Positions 37,856 to 49,578 of a stretch of 64,000 nt of DNA are shown piece after piece. Below the pieces are notes generated by a model that had not been told where the DNA came from, did not search any database, and saw only the letters and a list, made by a program, of their open reading frames with translations. Origin of the DNA: Selaginella moellendorffii (taxonomy: Eukaryota; Plantae; Lycopodiophyta); NCBI RefSeq assembly GCF_000143415.4, contig NW_003314361.1, forward strand, positions 427,115 to 491,114, given 5' to 3'. Both the position numbers and the translations under genes were made by a program. Numbering within the stretch: position 1 is the stretch's first letter; each line of letters starts with the position of its first letter.

Positions 37856-38160
37856 GGCGCTCAATCTCTCCCGCTCGCGCACTCAATCTCTCCTGCTCGC
37901 GCACTCAATCTCTCCTGCTCGCACACTCAATCTCTCCCGCTCGGGCACTCAATCTCTCCTGCTCGCGCACTCAATCTCTCCCACTCACGCGCTCAATCTC
38001 TCCTGCTCGCGCGCTCAATCTCTCCCGCTCGCGCGCTCAATCTCTCGATCTCTTGCACGCTCAATCGCTCGATCTCCTTCGCGCTCAATCGCTCGATCTC
38101 CTTCGCGCTCAATCCCTCGATCTCCTTCGCGCTCAATCTTTCGATCTCTCACGCGCTCCA
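37856..38160. repeat. Minisatellite: 22-bp units followed by 24-bp units, upstream of the ParB-MTase ATG
   Basis: CTCAATCTCTCC(C/T)GCTCGCGCA about 8 times, then GCGCTCAATCGCTCGATCTCCTTC about 5 times. Followed by CCCTAACCCTAA telo-box-like repeats (38180-38235). Confidence 0.9.
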
Positions 38161-39311
38161 CTCACGATGCAAACAGTAACCTAATCTTGGCGGCTACCCT
38201 AACCCTAATCCTGACGGCTGCCCTAACCCTAACCAATCTCTAATCCTGGCCGTTCATTCCGAATAACCTAAATCTCAACCATCACAATATCTTTGATCTT
38301 ATTTTATCTTATCATTATTATTATATGTAAATTATGCTTCTTTATTTTGTATATTTTAATGATGGTATAACTAGCACCTATCAACATTTCTGTTATTAGA
38401 GATATGATATTATATTTTACAAATTATCTAGAAAGGATGCATTCTCATCACTATTTTGTACATATTTTGGAATCGTTACAAGAACTTCAAAGAGTATAAA
38501 TAAGGCACGTTAAAATATGTTGTACTATATCCATCTATGAATGGATGAATCCGCATCCAGAAATTTATTTTGTACTGTATTAGATCCTAAACAATAGGCA
38601 CGTGCTTTAAATGTCATTGAGCAGTGTTCACAATTATGGATAAAACTTGAGTTGTACTACGAATCAAATCTGTTATTAAAGAATAAGATTTGACAAGATT
38701 TATTATCATCTACCACTTAAAATTTGACAACTTGACATATCACACGTGCTGATAGTTAGATTGGATCTCTTGGTTTAACACGTTATAGCAGAATGTCATT
38801 ACTGGTATCATTATTAACTATCAAACTTCACGTGCTGAAAATCTTTCCTTGGATCTATATGTATACATGCATCAGACATCATAATAGATGACAGTAATAT
38901 TAATACTGTCACACTTACACATGTTAAATTTGCTATAGAATTTAAATTCATTTTGTACGTTGTCTTCTTATTACTCTATTTAAATTTCAATTATGTTTCA
39001 CTATAGATTTTTACAAGTAGCATAAAGAGAGAGAACTCCAAAACCTATTGAGAAGGATGGAGAGGTTTCTTCTTCATTTTCGAGATCACCCACCTCTTTC
39101 ATTCTCTCAGAGTATTGTTTCTGAAAGTTTTTTATGTCGGCGTTTTGATCTTCGTCTTGGCTCTATTTCTTTAGAGGCTGTGATCCGCAACGACACCGGT
39201 ATAGTTGCATACTCGGAGTTTCTTCTTTCTGGTGTGGGCGAGGGTGGACAACAATGGGATTTACAAAATTCCAAGTCGAAGGAGATTCGAGTGTTTGGAT
39301 CTCCAGTCAAA

Positions 39312-42300
39312 ATGCCAAAATGCGCTCCAGCGAAAGTGAATGTGAAGCAAGAGTCAGTCGTTATCCTCTCGTCCTCTTCTAGTTCAAGTGAAGATGTCAT
39401 GCTAGTGTCGGCGCCAAATTCACCAGCTCCAGCTCCAACTTCAGCAATATTCAAAGCCGTTAGCAATGCTTTCCAATTTTCACGCCTCTCAATCAACGTG
39501 CACTTGTTTTTGTATAGGCTTGTGAGTGAGCTTCCATCCTCCTACAACGGCAACATTTTCTTCGAGCTACCACCTCTTGTCAGCAGCACAGGTTCCAAAC
39601 GGAAGGGGATGGAAACCAAGCAGGATGTCCACAATTGGTGCAAGATCAAGACCACACACTTTCAACATTTTGAAGGCACAGTGTCTATAGTTCATTGTGG
39701 CGGGCATTTAGATTGTGTGGATGAAGCATGCAATCGAGACCGCTCTAGAAACTCTATATTTTTCGAAGGGTCTGCAGTCAATCCTCCAGCCTGTGACACC
39801 ATTGCTGTTGGATTCAAATGTCGATTCTGCAAAAATGCTCCTCTATGTCGTGCTATCTGCAAGGCCAAGATGTACTACTTTCTTCCACGGGATGGAGTGG
39901 CTGGAAGAGCTGCAGTGCATGTTGGCACACATATGCATCCAATGCAGGAAGGGATACAAAGGAGTTCTCTCAACCGTTTCAAAGATGCTGTACAGGAAGA
40001 GACTATGAGAAACTCATCTGCAACTCCGAAGCATATTCAGAAGACCGTCCTCAAGGATTTTATCGCAAATACCTTACTCAATCCAGGTTGCCAAAAGACT
40101 CAACTAAACGAGGCTAGCTTGCGGGACTTACTACGAGGAGTACAACCTGCTACTAGCCTAAGGAGGTACATCCATTATTTTTCATACGTTATAATAATAA
40201 TTTTTTCTTATATTATATTGTTTAGGATAAAATCTTGGATGTGTGAATCTCGAGAGGGGAAGTTGCAATCAAAAATTGACTCCATCCTTGAATTGAAACG
40301 GACCTGTCCATACGAGTTCATCCACGGAAGCTTGTTTCCAGACCAAGTTGTGAATGAGGAAGAGCGCCCCTTCGTCTTCAAAATGTCTACCATGGGCCCT
40401 GCCTCTGGTGTAGATCTTGTCTCCCGAATGGACATGTTTGGGTCCAGTGACCTTGCAAATGCATGGGTACATTTTGACCATATGGAGCATGTATCCGGTT
40501 GGACAACCATGGGAGCTCATGTATATGATCCAAGGTAATTTTTATTCTCATTATATTGAAATTGTTATAATATTTATGTTTTTATAGGCTACGTTGTAAT
40601 TTAACAATTGCGACAGCAGAGTTTAAAGTACAAGACCAGACAGCACAGGAAATATTTTGGAAGTCCCTCTCTGATATTGTCCTAAAGCGGACTGGTAAGC
40701 CTGCAAACTTTCGTGGTTTCATGGCAGATGGGGCTGGTGCAAACTGGAATGGTATCCGAGCAGTTTTTGGGAATGGTCAACCATTGGAAGGTCGTGAGAG
40801 GACTTGTGAGTTCCATTGGGCTCAAAGCCTAAACCAGCACTGCCACCTTATCAAGCCAGAGTTTCAATCAATATTTAAGGAGTTGTGCAAACAATGGCAG
40901 GTTGCACCTTCTGAAGAAGAGCATGAGGCAAAAGCAAACGAGATCCGAATGTGGTGGCGTGAAAATGGCCATACAGACGTAAGTTGCCTACCACAACTTG
41001 AGTCATGGTTAGGATGGTGGGAAGTTAGGATGTTCCAATGGGGACATCACTCTTTTCAGGTTGGTTTATATTTTTTCTTCTCCTTTTATTACCTTTTAAT
41101 ATTGCCTTTTCCATTAGGATCAACCACTTGAGGACCTCGCATACACCCCAACTGTGAATCTCTCCGAAAGTAAGCATTGGAGTTGGCGTTCCTCTGAGGC
41201 AGGGAAAGGGAAGATGAGTCTATACGAAGCCTGTCTATCAGATTTGATACGTGCTATAGAGCAATCTTCAAAAGCACTGGCATTCGAGGAAGGAAGATAC
41301 ATGGGAACAGGGCCTTCTGTTGAGATGTTACATGATAGGATGAAGAGAAAATTAACTCCACCCGCCCGAACAGTGGCAACTGCAGTTGAGGAAGTGGTCC
41401 GTGGCACATCTATGGAGTACACTCCTCGAGCTTCTATTGGTGATATGAAGACTGTCCGCTCAAAGCATCGTTTTTCCTTTACTGGGGAAGATGTTGGTAC
41501 GGACCTTGGAGCAAAAAGCTCCCACAGGCCTGATGTCGAGTACCATTCTGCTCCAAGACACCGCTCTCGGACTGAGCCACCTCAAGTGGCTGATGAAGAG
41601 AGTGCATCGCAACAGGTTGAAATTGCTTACCGTAACGTGGAGCCGAAGCAATGGGCAATCCGACGTGTGCCAGCAAAATCAAATGTAAGGTGTGTGGGGA
41701 TGCTTCCGAGGGGCAAGTGTTGGGCCTGGATTCGTGGTGAAAAATCTGCTTCTGTTCCAGCCCCATGTTTCTATGGGGAACGAAAGCAAGCAGGATTTTC
41801 AAGATGGTGCTGGCTATATTGTTGCAACACTGACGCCAACCATACGAAGCGGCTTGAAGACACTATAGTGACTAAACCTGATGCAGTACCTAAAGAATGG
41901 CCGGTTGCTAATGGGGTCGCGCTCACCTCGGATGAGATTGAAAACCTTGAGAAATCTGGTTTTAATCTTGAGAGGAGAGTTGGAGACATGAGTGACAGGA
42001 GCAGGACTATTCCTACAGAGATGCACAGGAGGCCAGCACGAAAAGGTAAAGCAGTTAAATTTATTAGTACCGTCTCCAAGCAGAAGCAAGGTAAAATAAA
42101 CTTGGCTCAAACACTTGAGTGTGAGATTCTCTCTACGAAGTACATCACTGCGCTTGCAAAGGAGTACATAGTCAAAACAGAAGGTGGAGAGTACACAATT
42201 GCCATTCACGACTTTCCTTCTTGCACATGTCCAGACTTTACGAAGCGCGAGGAACATGGGAAGGCATATGCTCCTTGCAAGCATATGTACTACATCTTCA

Positions 42301-42395
42301 TCAACATCTTGCACCAGGATCCTAAAGTGGATATTCATATACACCAAGCAAGCCTTACTATTGCTGAGTTGCAGAAAACTTTTGGAGCTAATTAG
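39312..42395 (+). CDS. MULE-type DDE transposase with N-terminal GCM/WRKY-like zinc domain and C-terminal SWIM zinc finger (spliced)
   Basis: CGGHLDCVDEAC...CRFCKNAPLCRAICKAKMYY...AAVHVGTHMHP (GCM-like). Catalytic D (WVHFDHM), D (FMADGAGANWNGIRAVFG), CxxH (CEFHW) and E (TVNLSESKH). SWIM CTCPDF..REEHGKAYAPCKHMYYIF. In-frame introns at ~40166-40225, 40535-40587 and 41060-41117. Exact start uncertain. Confidence 0.9.
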
Positions 42396-42486
42396 ATTTC
42401 TCCAACACTATCGATGTTTATTCTCTATCAATAAAACTTATTATACTTTATATAATTAATACAAATGTGCTTTTTCATTTCACTTT

Positions 42487-42939
42487 TCATTTTATATGCT
42501 TCCGAGTGTTCTTCTCGCAATACTGCCCATAGTACTCGTGTGTCTCCATTTCTGTCTTTACCATCTCAAAAAAGATTTCATGGTAGTCTTTCGGGTGCGT
42601 GATGTTGCAGTGTGTCGCAAGAGCATATATACCATCATACTGATCATTGCCATTGTTTCCACCAGACGCTAGAAAACATATGGGGCACTTCTTGAAAGTG
42701 GCAGAACTGCACTTTTCTAAAACAAGTAAGAGGGCATTCTTTTTCACCCAATTTGTTGCACCCTCTGTCATTGCATTTATCTCCAACTCATGATCACTAT
42801 CCTCACTATCCTCTCTTTCATTCTCTTGTGTGATTTGGTTATGCTGTGCAATGGGATAGTTATTGCATCTCCTAGCCCTTGAGCCCTGGGAAGAAAGATT
42901 GTGAGAGTTAAAATTACCAACACTAGAACCCATAGACAT
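42487..42939 (-). CDS. Small zinc-finger protein, zf-XS (SGS3-like) candidate, paralog 2
   Basis: Intact 150-aa ORF with CPICFLASGGNNGNDQYDGIYALATHCNITHPKDYHEIFFEMVKTEMETHEYY. Similar to the 33027 ORF (CPIC..G...L..HC.....H......K.E..TH..Y) and to SGS3 zf-XS (CPAC.GGPGAIDWY.GLQPL.THA....LH). Confidence 0.62.
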   Translation of the reverse strand: MSMGSSVGNFNSHNLSSQGSRARRCNNYPIAQHNQITQENEREDSEDSDHELEINAMTEGATNWVKKNALLLVLEKCSSATFKKCPICFLASGGNNGNDQYDGIYALATHCNITHPKDYHEIFFEMVKTEMETHEYYGQYCEKNTRKHIK

Positions 42940-43809
42940 TTGTGGGTGTATTTCCCTTTTTTCGAATGAGAGTGTGAATGAAGATCTATAAATTCTAGAC
43001 AGTATGCTACGACAAACCCCTCAAGAATGTATTCTACAAAGAACCAAGTCTTTCTTTTATATGCAATAAGCTTACATCAACGGTTATTTTTTTTCCTTTC
43101 AAACGGTTATATGGCTTCACATAGAATCTTATTTCAAATTTAATAATTTTTTAATTCTGACAAACCTAACATTTACTAGCCAAAAAGCATAGAGTACAAA
43201 TTTAAAGAAGTGACAAGAATACTCTTTTTTCAAACATTTTATTTTATGTTCTAACAAATGTCCCTATCATTGCATGTAGTAAATATTTAAATTATTAGAA
43301 CAAAATGTGTTCTTTAGAACATTTTTATCTATATAATATATAGAGAGTTATTAAATTATTAGGTTCACCATAACCTTAAAATTTTAAAATTTATAATGTT
43401 TGTACTAAATTACAATTGAAAATTGAGCTCAACTTGTGAGCTCAACTCTTCAACTCGTGAGCTCAAGTATGGTCTGCGCCCGCCTAATGCAAGGACATGG
43501 GTATTCCACCAGCTAGCATGGAATGGAACTTAGGCTTAGACCCAAACCGGACGTAGAATAAGGACAAGCATGCAAGTAGGAGTTAGACTATGCCTCAAGT
43601 TAGTTGGCTATGCCCGACCTACCCACCATCCCTACTATACATTTGGAACCCCCCACAGCCCCCCCATTAGTAACACACACTTTGGGCTTTCACCCCAAGC
43701 CTCCCTTAGTATTAGGAGTTAGTCTCTGGGACAAGCTCAAAACTTATTAAATATGGAATGTCCCTAAATTGCGAATTTGGACACAGGATGAACACCATTG
43801 TGTTCAGGA

Positions 43810-45444
43810 CAGTAGGAGGAGTTGTACCACATGCCGTGAATGCCACCATCAATTGAGTTTTGTTGTTCAATTGCAAGCGCATAACATCAAGCAATTGGAC
43901 CAACTACTGTGTAAACGACTAAATTTTTCCATTCTACTTTAGTCACTTAACCACACCTCCGACCACTTGGAGGAGTCTCATTCACAACCTCTATAAGTCC
44001 CATTCAGGACTTGGGGCTTGCTAGCCCCGAGAATGGCATTCATGCCACTCAACCTTTGCACTTGGTCCCAGTGCTCCACGTGTTTGGTCCCATGACCGAC
44101 ACCCCAAGGCACCACCAACATACCAGCCTATTACACTAGGCCATGCCCAATCACCTTGGTCACATCGGTAGTCCCACACCACCTGCATTGCAATCCCGTC
44201 TCTCCAAGACTGGGCCATCTGTCCATGAGTGGTCATCCCAGATCCACTCTTTAGCATCCTTAAGATGCCCGCAAACATGGGGAATAGCCTTCCTCAATAT
44301 CTCCTTTTTGGTTCCCACCAAGTCCCTTTCTGTCCTTGGCCGTGTTCGCCAACATTGCCACTGGATCAAGCCCACAGGCCCGACCACTAAGTCCCACGGT
44401 CCTCTGGGACTTCTTCACCTCACAACTGTATCCTTGGTCACTACACCAGAGGACTACTCCTCTTCCTTTCCACAGTCTGGGCCTTTGGGACAACATTTCG
44501 GAACACCGTGGCCTTACGCAAGCCTCATGGGTACTCTCCCCGCCTTCCGCCTTTGGGTGCTCTAGCCATGGGCTTAGAGTGAGGTTCCGTTGAGCCACAC
44601 CAGGTATCCAAGTAGGTAGTGCCACCCACACTTGGACTGGGAGCATCGGCCAGTTGATCTCCTGGGGGAACTAGAGCTGGCTCTTGAACACTTCACCAAG
44701 CTACCCCGCTTGTCAGTCCGTATTCACTCTAGTCTTGGACTTCCCAGTGGTCAATTCATCACCCAACATTAGGTCTGGCCTTCCTGGGCCAAACTGGCCT
44801 TTCCTGGCCAAACTGGCTCCACTGCAGTCCTCCCCCTTACTATACTTTTGGAGCTCACCAAACCCCCCAAGGTCTGGGAGACGAACGCTTTGGGCTTTCA
44901 CCCTCTCAGACTCGAACTCGAACTCGAACTCGGACTCGGACTCGGACTCGGACTCAGGCTCGGGCTCGGTCTCGGTCCCGGTCTCGGTCCCGGTCTCGGT
45001 CCCGGTCTCGGTCTTGGTCTCGGTCTCGGTCTCGGTCCCGGTCTCAGTCCCGGTCTCGATCTCGACCTCAGACTCCACCTCGGGTCCTTCTCGGACTCCA
45101 TCTCGGATTCCATCTCAAGTCCATCTCGGACTCCATCTCGGACTCTGTCTCAGACTCCATCTTGGACTCCATCTCAGGTTCATCTCGGACTCCATCTCGG
45201 GTCCATCTCGGACAATTCCACATGTCATATGTTGGTCCTTTTGGGTCCCTTTTTGGAGCCTCGCTTATTGCTCACTTCATGCTCGTTCCTTGAGCACTCC
45301 GTTGGGAGTTCCACTCCCGCTCTCAACCTTTCAAGTTGGAGCCTTTTAGTCCAAACGTGTTACGCTCGTTTGGCTTTTGCTTCGGCCACTACCACGTGGC
45401 ACCCTTTTGGCTCCACTTTGGGGCTTAGGGATTTGTGTCTCACA
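43810..45444. mobile_element. Younger, CpG-rich partial copy of repeat family C with a hexamer minisatellite
   Basis: Homologous to 4595-5650. Ends GTGTCTCACA (LTR-like CA end). Shares the CTATACTTTTGGA...TTTGGGCTTTCACCC block with LTRs A and B. Confidence 0.65.
44908..45215. repeat. Hexamer/12-mer minisatellite (CTCGGA, CTCGGT, CTCCATCTCGGA)
   Basis: Directly visible in the sequence; produces spurious low-complexity ORFs. Confidence 0.9.
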
Positions 45445-47104
45445 TACTGCTCTAGAGTCAAAGGAGGAGATTGTTGATTTGCCATGAAGATGAACAAAAA
45501 AGAAAAAGCAAAAGAAGAGAAATAACAAAAAGCTAGAAGGAAATGGTAAATTTAGACAATGCAAAAAGCTAGATTTAAACCAGAATCCTGAAAAGGAAGA
45601 ACAAAAGAAAGGAAATGGAAAAAACTAAATTTAGACAATGCAAAAGTTAGATCTAAACCAAAATCCCAAATTCAAGCACTCTGCAAAGACAATCAAAGGT
45701 GCCTTTGACCTCCACCAATGTGAGTGCTTGGAATATAGAAAGAAAATATAAAAAATGTGCATATCAATTAGCCCAAAAACTTTAGTTTATATACAGAAGC
45801 AAGTGGTCTGGATTGAAACCAATCCGACAGCTACCAAAATCCCATTACACTAATATTAGTATACGGCATCATAGCTGTACACTTGGCCCTCACAAATACA
45901 AGATCAAACATGGTAGAATAATACAATTATTAATAAATTGTTCTTGGTCACTTTGAAATGACATTTCTTAAAATAACTGAGTATTTATTTTATATTATAA
46001 TTCTCAGGAATAGCATGTGGCCAAATGCTATCACTCATCATATTCATTAATGTTTTTATTTACCTTTAAAATAAGATTTGCTAGAACAGAGAGTATGTTC
46101 TATACTTTCTAATTAATTGATTAAACTTTGTCACATCATATTTTTGTCTCGATCCAATTATGCTATGTGAGTGATCCATGCTATTGTTCATGATTCATGA
46201 TTTATATTCAGTTTTTTATATGATTGACATATTTAAGAAATATGGTTTTTGCAAGATTTTTCATTGCCATTGTTGACGGATTATTTTTTATTGAAATTTC
46301 ATGCAAGTTGGAATATAGTACAGATATACCTCCAAAAAATGGTTTCCTTGAATGAAAACACCCTTTTGGTTGGGCATTTGTTTTCCAGTGACATATGCGA
46401 AATGCATCTGGGCAGATGAACTAATTAATTAATCCCTGGCATCCACCGGATGCAGCATTTGCCCCGAGAGGGCATCTTTCCCCTTGTAGCAGTTGCCCAT
46501 CTGTATATGTGACAAGATGATGTGAAAGATGGCCTGGGGCAATTCAGTTATACTCATGGATGTGCATGTGCACAATGATCCCAACACAAGCACAAGATCC
46601 ATGCTGTGCCCACAATGACTGCCTTTGACATGAGGCCACTCAAGTGCTACGCCCATTAAAACATATGAACCATGGCTTTCAGGGCTGCTGGATTCCCTCT
46701 ATATATATACGAAAAGGGAGCAGTCCATATGTGTGCCACATACATATAACTCTCCATGCTGACCCCAGTTATTGCCTCCTCATTAGCAAACGAGAAAAGA
46801 TTTAATTCCCTGCCCCAAATGGTCATGCCATTGAGAAATCTGGGCCTTGAGCATGTGACCATGCCCAACACATGCACAGCATGTAGGAGAGCTCAATCAA
46901 AATCCACCACCTACCTCTGGGAATTATTGTGCTTGGATGAATGGAGCAGAGATAACGGATAGTCACAGGAGGACTTCAGTACCTTTCAATGGCAAAACTG
47001 AAAGCCACCTCACTAGAGAAGGAACCAAAGGAGAGAGCCCAATCAGAGAGATGAGCACAAGTTCTCTTCATTTATAGATAAGTGATCATTTAGATTTATG
47101 AAGA

Positions 47105-47431
47105 TTTTGGCAAACATGGTAAGCTATCATTTAGTGATATTGAGGGACCAATTTCAATATCGTGGGGGTTTTTGATACTAGCAAATGCAAGCCAATGACT
47201 CAAGTTTCTCAAACTAGGCCGAGTATGCTCAGCAAGAAACATATAGGGTTCCTACTTTATGTTTATCCAATTTAAGTACATGATCATTGACCAATTTCTC
47301 AACTAGCTCAAGTGGGAAATTGATAACGGGTCCAGCAATACTGACCTCTTGCCATCGTGGCAGTAAAGAAAGAGTGTCCGTAAAGACTGCCCAACAAGTA
47401 GTTTTCAATACCCAAAATCACATTCGCGACA
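47105..47431 (-). mobile_element. Fragment of LTR family A
   Basis: Ends with rc TGTCGCGAATGTGA and aligns with 24720-25049. Confidence 0.8.
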
Positions 47432-49082
47432 AATATTAAGTCTTGTATTTAACGAGCACTATTCCACTTGTCCAAGTAAAGTCTATTGATGTTAGTCTTT
47501 TTTCCCAATTTATAATCCCAATCTAAGGGGCTCCTTATGCAATGGAAGGGACTATATGGGTATCGTAACAAGTTGGACCACAAGTTTATAAGGTTTGGCA
47601 TAATATTCAATAAGCCAATCCTCCAGAAATTATGCATATACAATGGCGAAAATGCTTCGTATAAAAAGGTCAATAACAATTAGCACCACATGCAAATCCA
47701 CTAGTGCCTCGTCTTGATGTTCTTCCAAATTTGCCTTTCGAGAGGAAGGGATAATGTGAGGTCTAACTTTATGGCTAGGATGCCATATACTTATATTAGC
47801 ATAGTGAGATATTAGTAGCTGTTAAATTTGTTTTAATTTGGACCACTCACTCTTGTATATAAGTGGGTTTTTGGACTAATTCTGTGCAATTATGTATTTC
47901 ATTTCCATATTCCATGCACTCACAAAATGAAATTTATAAATTATTATAATTATAGACAAGATAAATATACCAAATGAAAATTAGTGATGAGCATTTTAGT
48001 GGTACTTTATTTACATCTCAAATGGAACAAATTGAATGGAATAACATGAAATAGAACAAAGTGATGGAATAGGTGTTTGTGATGTTTATGGCTTTTGGCT
48101 AAGTGCTTGGATTATCCTTTCATTATCTAAGTTTGATCTTAAGCCAAACCCAAGCCTAGATTAGTTCACCCCATATCTCTTGCCATTGCTAGGCAATTCT
48201 AGATTGAAGGTATTAAACCCTTCAAAAGTGATGAAGACAGAAATCTTTTTCTTCTTGGAGATTCTCCACAACCATGAACTTAAACTCAATAATAATAAAG
48301 TTGTCACTGGTATCAATGCTTTTATAGAAAGAATATGATCTAACTGTTGAAAATAACTAGACTAAGAGGTGTTGACCAAACTTGATTAATGTGGAACTAT
48401 CTTCTTTAATATATTATTTTATTTGACCCAAAAAAATAAAGGTTTTTTTGAGAATATTCTTTTAGACCATAATTTCAAAGTATAATGGTCAAAGGTTAAA
48501 AAGAGATTTACAGCTGCACAAAGACTTTTACCTTGGGAAAATTGGGGTACACCGAACATCATAGAGATCTAGGTGGGATGCTTTATGTCACATGTACCAC
48601 CTATCCAGATACCCAGATAACTTGTATGCAGTAGAGCCTGATTTGTATTAATGACTAAGGTGTGTTTTCCCCCATGTAGCTCAGTCAGGCACTTGATTTT
48701 GAGAATATTCTTTCTTAATCTAGGTGTTAACTGCCATTTTAATCCAATATTTCTGTTAATTTATTTGAACCAATATTAGATGCAAAGCTTAGATTTTGTA
48801 CTTTCTAAACAAATATACTGAGATTCTTGAGTATTATTATTATTATTATTACAAGTTTAAGATCATTAGCATAGCAAAATTAGAGGACCCAGCCATGATC
48901 ATTGTCTTGATCAATCCAGCAGCCACTGAAGATCATGCCACTATAGGATCAAAATATGAGATCACATAAATCAGAATATTTGGGTTTGAAAAAAAGTCTT
49001 GATTAGTTGTACCTTAGATGTTTGACTTAATGCAGTACAGATTATAAAAGGGCATTCTTTTACCTCATATTACCATGTAAGT

Positions 49083-49578
49083 ATGGAAAGCAAAACATTT
49101 CTCTATTTAATTTTATTACTTGCAGTCATTCTGAAAAATGAAAATTTTTGTGCTGCCACTACAAGTATCAAAGTAGAAGGCTATGTTTATTGTACTAATT
49201 GTGGTTCACTTTCTCAGAGTGGCATCTTCAGTAAGAAAAATGATCTATCTTTTGTATTTTTCTAATCTTGTTAAATCTTTCAGATGCCAAGGTAAACCTG
49301 GTTTGTCCAAGAGACAGTGATTCATCATTCACAAATAGTAGAGGATACTTTAATATCTTTGAATTAGTGAAGACTGGAACAGATATTGGGAGTTGCCGAG
49401 TGAGTGTGGATACAAGTAGAGCACCACGAGGGTGTTCTTTCCTAACAGACATAAATGGTGGATCAAGTGGCCAATCCTTAAGAACATGCATCAATAATGG
49501 AAATAATAAGTTCACTTGTGGACCATATTATTTTACTCCAAATGCTTGTTCACCTCCACCACCACCAAGTCCTCCACC
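49083..49578 (+). CDS. Pollen Ole e 1 allergen/extensin-family cell-wall protein (3' part in assembly gap)
   Basis: Signal peptide MESKTFLYLILLLAVIL; VEGYVYCTNC; intron 49231-49283; AKVNLVC...TNSRGYF...CRVSV...CSFLTDINGG..G..L...GPYYFTP; then SPPPPPSPP running into Ns. TATAAAAG at ~49043. Confidence 0.9.

Larger units (their letters stand above)
31717..43481. mobile_element. Mutator-like (MULE) DNA transposon, ~11.8 kb, apparently intact, with cargo genes
   Basis: 8-bp TSD GCCTAATG (31709-31716 and 43482-43489). The empty site is seen in sister LTRs (GTGGCCTAACGCAAGGACATGG at ~24258). Termini GGGG.../...GCCC. 27-bp subterminal inverted repeat (31735-31761 vs 43421-43447, 25/27 identical). 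Encodes a DDE transposase. Confidence 0.92.

Noticed and set aside
37415-38184. ORFs with repeated SISPARALNL
   Set aside because: Translation of a 22/24-bp minisatellite, read through an N gap.
38180-38235. CCCTAA repeats as an interstitial telomere
   Set aside because: Only a few interrupted units; better explained as promoter telo-boxes.
31717-43481. Classification as KDZ/Zisupton or hAT because of the 8-bp TSD and SWIM
   Set aside because: The catalytic core shows MULE hallmarks (FMAD...A..N....VF, CxFH, TxNxxES); no KDZ- or hAT-specific motifs were recognised.
46429-47060. GC-richer patch with an F-box-like phrase (SITELPQAIFHIILSHI)
   Set aside because: Short broken frames and no further supporting motifs. 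Possibly a gene remnant, but it cannot be assigned.
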